Positions 57,812 to 64,000 of a stretch of 64,000 nucleotides of DNA are shown piece after piece. Origin of the DNA: an uncultured bacterium. Lineage in GTDB: Bacteria > Patescibacteriota > Minisyncoccia > UBA6257 > 2-01-FULL-56-20. The DNA is taken from assembly GCA_963707865.1 (NCBI GenBank), contig OY970175.1, forward strand, positions 208,748-272,747, in the 5' to 3' direction. Below the pieces are notes generated by a model, which was not told the DNA's origin, ran no database searches, and was given only the letters and a program-made list of their open reading frames with translations. The position numbers and the translations under genes are program-made. The stretch's first letter is position 1; each line of letters begins with the position of its first letter.

Positions 57812-57887
57812 GCATAAGAAAAACAGGCCTGTTTTGGGCTAAAAGCCAAAATTGTTCGAAAATCGTCCAGGCCCGTGCACAGTCAAA

Positions 57888-58893
57888 TGTTTTAGGCACA
57901 CACATATGGCGGACTAGGTTTTGAACTCGGCAAGCGCTTCGTTCGGCGTCTTGCCATTCAGGCCACAGTGTTCAAGGTTGTTGTACTCAGTATTCCACCA
58001 TCGTACCCTTTGGCGCAAATCCTTTGCCGAAGCAAATGTTGTTTCGTGGTAGAGCGTTCTCTGGTCCGACCCATGCGAGCGTTCGACCTTGCCGTTCTGC
58101 GCGGGCTTCCCCGGATCGATGAGGTAGTGCACGATGCCGCGTTCGGCGCAGAAGCGGTCCAAAGCGTGTTGATGGGCAGGCGAAAGATCCGCCCGCTTGT
58201 ACGTGCCCGTGTACCGGTTGGTGAAGGTCGCATGGTTGTCCGTCTTCACGCCGGTGATCCGATATTCAAATCGCCGGATGACATCCGCAAGAAAGAGGAG
58301 GGTGTTCTGCGTGGACTCTTCCTCGAAAATCCGGAGGTAGCGCCAGCGGGAGGCACAATCGATCGCCGTATATTGAAAATATGCACGTCCCGCAACGGTT
58401 CCCGGCACATGCTTCACGTCGATCTCCATGAGGTCGCCAGGCTTCCAGGTGGCTTTGATATATTTGTACGTGATCTTTTTGGTACGATACTTCCGCACGA
58501 GCCTTTCTGTCTTCAAGATTTTTCCGATGGTGCGCTCATGGATATGGATGCCCACCTTTTCGAGCTTCCAATGCAGTTTGAGCGCGCAGACCTTTCTCTT
58601 CTTGCGCAACGCGATGATTGCTTCCTTGATGCTGATCGGTGTTTCCTTGGGCGAGGTCTTCGGCCGGGTGGAACGCGGTTCAAGCGCTGATTCACCGCCA
58701 CGCCGGTATGCCTGCAGCCACCGCTCCAAGGTCCGCTTCCCATACGGAAACACCTTCATCACTTCGGTGGTGCTTGTGCGACCTTTTACAATGGGTTCCA
58801 CCCACCGCACCCGCTCTTGTTTGATATTCTCAGCCATATGGATCGACATTCCCCGATTGTACGGGAGTCCGCCATATGTGTGTGCACATTACC
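57888..58893 (-). mobile_element. IS481-family element
   Basis: TIRs share a 20-bp perfect core GCACACACATATGGCGGACT. Confidence 0.85.
57914..58849 (-). CDS. IS481-family transposase
   Basis: EIDVK, TAIDCASR, KTDN, QNGKVERSH. Confidence 0.88.
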   Translation of the reverse strand: MSIHMAENIKQERVRWVEPIVKGRTSTTEVMKVFPYGKRTLERWLQAYRRGGESALEPRSTRPKTSPKETPISIKEAIIALRKKRKVCALKLHWKLEKVGIHIHERTIGKILKTERLVRKYRTKKITYKYIKATWKPGDLMEIDVKHVPGTVAGRAYFQYTAIDCASRWRYLRIFEEESTQNTLLFLADVIRRFEYRITGVKTDNHATFTNRYTGTYKRADLSPAHQHALDRFCAERGIVHYLIDPGKPAQNGKVERSHGSDQRTLYHETTFASAKDLRQRVRWWNTEYNNLEHCGLNGKTPNEALAEFKT

Positions 58894-58937
58894 TCAAGCA
58901 TTTGCATTCTTCTCCAAATCTGTTACAGTAATTTCCA

Positions 58938-60200
58938 ATGAGGCGGCATCCGGGCCTTTTTTTGACGATTATCATTCTCGTCGCGATTGCGGCGGGATTT
59001 TTCGTCTATCCGAAGTGGATTGGTTCGCAGTGGCAGCCATGGCACCTGGGGTTGGACCTCGTGGGGGGCAGCCATTTGGTCTACCAAATTGACCTTTCAA
59101 AAGTGGCGGCAGCGGACCAGGACTCCGTCGTGCAGGGGCTCCGCGACGTGATTGAAAAACGCGTGAATCTTTTTGGTGTGAGCGAACCACAAGTATATAC
59201 CGCGCAGACGGGGAACCAGGCGCAGCTTATTATTGATCTCGCGGGCGTGAAGAATGTGAGCGATGCGATCAACCAAATCGGCCAGACGCCGCTTTTGGAT
59301 TTCCGCGAGGTGGAGCAGAACGGTTCAACCACGCAATATGTGTATACGAACCTCACCGGTGAATACGTGACGGGCGCGCAGCTGAATTTCAACCAAACGA
59401 CCGGCGCGGCGGAGGTGCAGGTCTCATTCAACGATCAGGGCGCGCAGATTTTCGCCAAGATCACGGCGGCCAACGTCGGGAAACCTTTGGCGATTTTTTT
59501 GGATAATAATCTGATTGAGGCGCCCGTGGTGCAAGAAGCGATTCCGAACGGCAAGGCGGTCATCAGCGGCAATTTCACGGTGGATAGCGCCCGCACGCTC
59601 GTGGAACGCTTCAACGCTGGCGCACTGCCTGCGCCCATTACGCTCATTAACCAGCAGACGGTAAGCCCCACGCTCGGCGCCGATTCACTGCGGAAGGTGA
59701 TTGTGGCGGGCATCGCAGGAACGCTCCTTGTAATTCTTTTCATGCTTTTTTACTACCGGCTGCTCGGCCTTTTCGCCGCATTTGCGCTCATCATTTACAT
59801 TGCGCTCACGCTCGGAGTCTTCAAAATTATTCCCATTACCTTAAGCTTGTCCGGACTTGCGGGATTTATTCTTACGATCGGCATGGCGGTAGACGCAAAT
59901 ATCCTTATTTTTGAACGTATTAAAGAAGAATTAAAGAGGGGACTGCCAAAGTCGTCCGCCATAGAAGAAGGATTCCGGCGTGCGTGGCCGTCCATCAGGG
60001 ACTCCAACACGTCCACTATCATCACCGCGATCATCCTGTATTATTTCACCTCAAGTTTCGTGCAGGGCTTCGCTTTGACGCTCCTTCTCGGTGTCATCGT
60101 AAGTTTGTTCAGCGCCATCACGACCACGCGCCTCTTCCTTCGCGCATTTTTGAAGGACACGAAACCATCGCAGCCGTCGCCCAAGCCCGCCACCACATAA
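58938..60200 (+). CDS. secD: Protein translocase subunit SecD
   Basis: LGLDLVGG, RVNLFGVSEP, GMAVDANILIFERIKEE. Confidence 0.93.
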   Translation: MRRHPGLFLTIIILVAIAAGFFVYPKWIGSQWQPWHLGLDLVGGSHLVYQIDLSKVAAADQDSVVQGLRDVIEKRVNLFGVSEPQVYTAQTGNQAQLIIDLAGVKNVSDAINQIGQTPLLDFREVEQNGSTTQYVYTNLTGEYVTGAQLNFNQTTGAAEVQVSFNDQGAQIFAKITAANVGKPLAIFLDNNLIEAPVVQEAIPNGKAVISGNFTVDSARTLVERFNAGALPAPITLINQQTVSPTLGADSLRKVIVAGIAGTLLVILFMLFYYRLLGLFAAFALIIYIALTLGVFKIIPITLSLSGLAGFILTIGMAVDANILIFERIKEELKRGLPKSSAIEEGFRRAWPSIRDSNTSTIITAIILYYFTSSFVQGFALTLLLGVIVSLFSAITTTRLFLRAFLKDTKPSQPSPKPATT

Positions 60201-60201
60201 T

Positions 60202-61101
60202 ATGCTCAACATCGTCGGCCGCAAAAAAATTTGGTTTACGCTGTCCGGCATTCTTGTCGGCTTGGCGCTTTTGGCCATCGCATTCTACGGTTTTAAGCAA
60301 AGTGCGGAATTCTTGGGCGGCTCCCTTTGGGAATTCAAAATTCCAGCGAACCAGCCGTCACTTTCCGATGTGCAGGACTTTTTTGCGAACGATCTCACGA
60401 TCAATGGCGCGGAGATAACGCTTGACACCACAAACCAATCCTTCATCGCGCGTTTCAATATCGTAGACGAAGCGACCCACGAACGGTATTTGGGCATGCT
60501 GCAAAATAAGTGGCCGTCGTTCACCGAGTTGAGTTTCTCGTCCATCGGCCCTACGGTCGGCGCGAGCTTGAAGAAAAATGCGCTCATTGCGATCGGACTT
60601 GTCCTCGTCGGCATCTCACTCTATATTGCCTTCGCTTTCCGAAAGGCGTCGCGGCCCGTGAGTTCGTGGAAATATGGATGGGTTACGCTCCTTACACTCT
60701 TCCACGATGTTTCCATTCCGGCGGGATTACTCGCGGTGCTTGGACGCTTTAAGGGGGTGGAGATTGACACGAATTTCATCGTGGCGTTGCTTGTCGTGAT
60801 GGGCTTTTCGGTACATGACACCATCGTCGTGTTTGACCGCATCCGCGAGAATCTGATCACGCATCGCGGGAAATCCAGCTTCACCACTATTGTGAACGAC
60901 AGCGTGAATCAGACACTCGCACGGTCAATAAACACGTCCCTCACGTTGATCCTCGTGCTTCTCGCGCTCTATTTCGTGGGCCCTGCGGATCTTCGATACT
61001 TCATTCTTACTCTTCTCGTGGGGGTGACCACCGGCATCTATTCTTCCATCTTTATCGCCAGTCCCGCCCTCGTGCTTTTGAAGCCGAGGGGTGTGGATTA
61101 A
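60202..61101 (+). CDS. secF: Protein translocase subunit SecF
   Basis: SIGPTVG, GFSVHDTIVVFDRIRE, RSINTS. Confidence 0.93.
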   Translation: MLNIVGRKKIWFTLSGILVGLALLAIAFYGFKQSAEFLGGSLWEFKIPANQPSLSDVQDFFANDLTINGAEITLDTTNQSFIARFNIVDEATHERYLGMLQNKWPSFTELSFSSIGPTVGASLKKNALIAIGLVLVGISLYIAFAFRKASRPVSSWKYGWVTLLTLFHDVSIPAGLLAVLGRFKGVEIDTNFIVALLVVMGFSVHDTIVVFDRIRENLITHRGKSSFTTIVNDSVNQTLARSINTSLTLILVLLALYFVGPADLRYFILTLLVGVTTGIYSSIFIASPALVLLKPRGVD

Positions 61102-61142
61102 CGTGCTTGCTAAAAAGATACTGATAAGTTATAATAACCTTG

Positions 61143-62174
61143 ATGACTTTGGCAGTAAAAATTGTTGATGTGGCGCTCGCGAACCTAAAGCCTCGCCAGA
61201 AAGAGGTGCTTGAGGCGCGTTTTGGTTTGGCCAAGGAGGGGGAGGGGGAAACCCTTGCCGCGATCGGTGATCGGCTAAAGGTAACGCGGGAGCGCGTGCG
61301 GCAGATAGAATCAAGCGGCATCACGCTTGCGAAAGCGAATATCTTGAAGAGTCCCGACGCGACGGCGTTCTTGGACAAAGTGAAGAAGTATCTTGCGACC
61401 CGCGGCGGCGCGGCAAAGAAACCCGACGTGCTCCAGTATGCGGCAACGCTCGCGAAGGGAGTACGCGAAAGCCAACTTGATTTTCTTGCCACGGTTTCGG
61501 GTGCGTTCAAGGTGTACCATGAAGACAACGATTTTATCCCATTTTATTATGCAGGCGACAAAGAGCTCAAAGAAACAAAAGCGTTTGTGGAAGGATGGGT
61601 AAACTTCTTGAATGCGCACAAGGAAAAAATACTCGGCGGGACGTACGCGACCCAACTCGCGAGCTTTGTGAAAACGAGGGCGATCGGCGATGCCGTTGCG
61701 GAAAATTACCTGAGCGTGGCAAAACATATCCATAAGAATCCCTACGGCGACGTAGGACTTCGCGATTGGGCGGAGATCCGTCCGATGACCGTACGCGACA
61801 AGATCTATCTTGTTTTGAAAAAGCACGGCGAGCCGCTGCACTTTGAGGATATCGCGCGCCATATCAATAAGGTGAACTTTGACGAGCAGGAAGCGCTCGC
61901 GCCGACCGTGCACAATGAACTGATCAAAGACGACCGGTTTGTTTTGGTTGGGCGCGGCATGTACGGCCTCCGCGAACACGGGTATGAGCCGGGTACCGCA
62001 CGCGAGGTGATCGCGAAAGTTTTGAAGAGTGCAGGTCCGCTCCGCCCGACGGACGTCGTGACGCATGTGAACAAGCAGCGCTTCTTCAAACCGAACACGA
62101 TCCTCATTAATTTGCAGAATCGTAACTTCTTTGAGCGGCTGCCCGACGGGAGGTACCGCGTCCGCGAAGCATAA
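61143..62174 (+). CDS. Sigma70 region-4 HTH fused to HARE-HTH/RNAP-delta-like winged helices
   Basis: RFGL...TLAAIG...VTRERVRQIE; GEPLHFEDI...TVHNELIKDDRFVLVGRG.YGL. Confidence 0.75.
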   Translation: MTLAVKIVDVALANLKPRQKEVLEARFGLAKEGEGETLAAIGDRLKVTRERVRQIESSGITLAKANILKSPDATAFLDKVKKYLATRGGAAKKPDVLQYAATLAKGVRESQLDFLATVSGAFKVYHEDNDFIPFYYAGDKELKETKAFVEGWVNFLNAHKEKILGGTYATQLASFVKTRAIGDAVAENYLSVAKHIHKNPYGDVGLRDWAEIRPMTVRDKIYLVLKKHGEPLHFEDIARHINKVNFDEQEALAPTVHNELIKDDRFVLVGRGMYGLREHGYEPGTAREVIAKVLKSAGPLRPTDVVTHVNKQRFFKPNTILINLQNRNFFERLPDGRYRVREA

Positions 62175-62185
62175 CGCAGCATAAC

Positions 62186-62851
62186 GTGCGGTTCCACATC
62201 CTTACGATCTTCCCTGACATCTTTGATTCCTATCTCAAGGAATCTTTTTTGAAAAAAGCGCAGGAGAAGGGGCTTATTAAAATTACGCCGCACAACCTGC
62301 GCGACTTCACGAGCGACAAGCATAGGAAGGTGGACGACCGGCCGTTCGGCGGTGGGCCGGGGATGGTTTTGAAAGTGGAACCGATCCATAAGGCGGTTTG
62401 CGCGATTGCCCAAAAGTCCCGCGTTGCCTCACGCAAGCGGCGGGTTGTTTTGTTTTCGCTCCGCGGGAAGAAACTTGACGCGAAGGTCTCGCGCCGGCTC
62501 GCAAAGTACGACGAGCTCGTTTTGATCTGCGGCCGCTACGAAGGCGTGGACGAACGGGTAGTGCAGCATATCGCCGACGAGGAGATTTCAATAGGGGATT
62601 ACGTGCTCTCCGGCGGCGAACTCCCTGCGCTCGTCCTTATGGAATCTGTGTGCCGTTTCATCCCCGGTTTTTTGGGAAAACAGGAATCACTGGAGGAGTT
62701 CAAAGGTTCTTATCCTGCATACACGCGGCCGGAGGCTTTTGTTGCGAAGGGGAATGGTGCGAAAAGGAAAGCGCAAAAGTGGAGCGTGCCGAAAGTGCTC
62801 TTGTCCGGCGACCATAAAAAGATCGCAGAGTGGCGCCGTAGGAAACAGTAA
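62186..62851 (+). CDS. trmD: tRNA (guanine-N1)-methyltransferase
   Basis: VDDRPFGGGPGM, CGRYEGVDER, SIGDYVLSGGE, YTRP. Confidence 0.95.
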   Translation: MRFHILTIFPDIFDSYLKESFLKKAQEKGLIKITPHNLRDFTSDKHRKVDDRPFGGGPGMVLKVEPIHKAVCAIAQKSRVASRKRRVVLFSLRGKKLDAKVSRRLAKYDELVLICGRYEGVDERVVQHIADEEISIGDYVLSGGELPALVLMESVCRFIPGFLGKQESLEEFKGSYPAYTRPEAFVAKGNGAKRKAQKWSVPKVLLSGDHKKIAEWRRRKQ

Positions 62852-62885
62852 GTGGCACCCGCTCCCGTTCTGCTAGAATAAGAGC

Positions 62886-64000
62886 ATGGATCAGGAAATA
62901 CGGGTTTGCCAGAATTGCAAAAACCAGCTCGCGATTGAGCCGGAGGATTTTCAATTCTACGAGAAGATGCAGGTCCCGCCGCCGACGTGGTGCCCGGAAT
63001 GCCGGTTCATAAGGCGCCTTACGTTACGGAATGAGCGAAGTTTGTACAAGCGGAAATGCGACCTCTGCGGACAGGAAAAAATAATGCAGTTTAGTCCTCG
63101 GTCGCCCTTCACCGTCTATTGCAAAGAATGTTGGTTGAGCGATCGGTGGGACGCCTCCGCGCATGCGAAAGAATTTGATTTTTCAAAGCCCCTTTTTGCA
63201 CAGTTCTTTGAACTGTTGCGTGCTGTGCCGCGGCTCGGGATTGTCCATCAAGGAACGATCGTAGATAGTCAGTATACAAACCGCGTGAGCAATTTAAAAA
63301 ACTGCTATCTTATCTACGGCAGTAATTTTGACGAAAACTGCATGTACGGCACATGGTTTAATAACTCCAAAGATTCGATGGACGGACTCTCAGTGCAGAA
63401 ATCGGAACAATGTTATGAATGCATTGACTGCTTTGAATCACACAAGCTCCTTTACTCTCAAGAATGCACGGCATGCAGCAATTCGTACTTTCTCTTTAAC
63501 TGCCGCAACTGCGAGAGTTGCTTTGGTTGCACGAATTTGAGAAACAAGAGTTATTGCGTGTTTAACAAGCAACATACCAAAGAAGAATATCAAAAGATCG
63601 TCGCCGGATTCAATCTCGGGAGCCGAACAATGCGTGATGCGCTGAAGCTCAAGTTCCTAACAGAAAAAACAAAGTATGTTGTCCCCGCCCTCGTGGAACA
63701 CCATAGCAAGAACGTATCGGGAAACTGGATAGAGGAATCAAAAAATGTTGCCGAAGGGTTTAGCTGCCGGAAGGTTGAGGACGGAAAATACCTCTACGGA
63801 CTCGTAGAATCCAAGGATGTCATGGATTACTCCTTCTGGGGGCGCGCCACAGAACTGGTCTATGATTCAGTGAACATCGGTTATCAGGCCTCAAGTATCC
63901 GCTTCAGCAATGAAGTATGGGATCAAGTAACCGATGCGACATATGTATTCAACTGCCACAACGCCCATGACCTTTTTGGATGCGTTGGATTAAGAGGGAA
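62886..64000 (+). CDS. Cys-rich zinc-ribbon protein, paralog of 12172-13962, runs off the window
   Basis: MDQEIRVCQNCK...IEPEDFQFYEKMQVPPPTWCPEC...LYKRKCDLC. Confidence 0.8.
   Translation, partial: MDQEIRVCQNCKNQLAIEPEDFQFYEKMQVPPPTWCPECRFIRRLTLRNERSLYKRKCDLCGQEKIMQFSPRSPFTVYCKECWLSDRWDASAHAKEFDFSKPLFAQFFELLRAVPRLGIVHQGTIVDSQYTNRVSNLKNCYLIYGSNFDENCMYGTWFNNSKDSMDGLSVQKSEQCYECIDCFESHKLLYSQECTACSNSYFLFNCRNCESCFGCTNLRNKSYCVFNKQHTKEEYQKIVAGFNLGSRTMRDALKLKFLTEKTKYVVPALVEHHSKNVSGNWIEESKNVAEGFSCRKVEDGKYLYGLVESKDVMDYSFWGRATELVYDSVNIGYQASSIRFSNEVWDQVTDATYVFNCHNAHDLFGCVGLRG

Noticed and set aside
1-64000. CRISPR array or rRNA genes
   Set aside because: No regularly spaced repeat-spacer units, cas genes or rRNA-like sequence recognised

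Overview
Chromosomal 64-kb window, most likely from a Patescibacteria (CPR, Parcubacteria-like) bacterium using genetic code 11. This is inferred from the short EF-Ts, paired VirD4-like ATPases, Cys-rich paralog family and many leaderless-looking genes. The backbone is visibly GC-richer and carries ABC transporter genes, secreted/surface proteins, two coupling-protein-like ATPases, a complete de novo UMP pathway (carA-carB-pyrE-pyrF-pyrD-pyrC-pyrB, unusual for CPR), fba, cspA, a CsoR/CopB copper operon, dnaX, scpAB, dac, mraY, rpsB-tsf, secDF, trmD and tRNA-Gln(CTG)/tRNA-Tyr(GTA). Mobile DNA includes one IS3 (apparently with an adjacent deletion), two IS481-type elements, an IS200-like remnant and a serine-recombinase islet at tRNA-Gln. 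Best candidates for new biology: (1) a strongly AT-rich island at about 19.3-26.4 kb encoding a cupin, three radical SAM/SPASM-twitch enzymes, an intact extra arginyl-tRNA synthetase, a viperin-like radical SAM and a PyrE-like phosphoribosyltransferase, next to the pyrimidine operon (possible arginyl-nucleoside/modified-nucleotide pathway with aaRS self-resistance); (2) an orphan PemK/MazF toxin whose 3' end is overlapped by a consensus antisense promoter and two hairpins (candidate RNA antitoxin); (3) an aromatic-rich leader-peptide attenuator upstream of an unknown gene; (4) a candidate copper-sensing upstream ORF/attenuator; (5) pervasive leaderless genes plus a recurrent AAAGGTCGA leader motif. 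All family calls are by motif recognition, without database searches.
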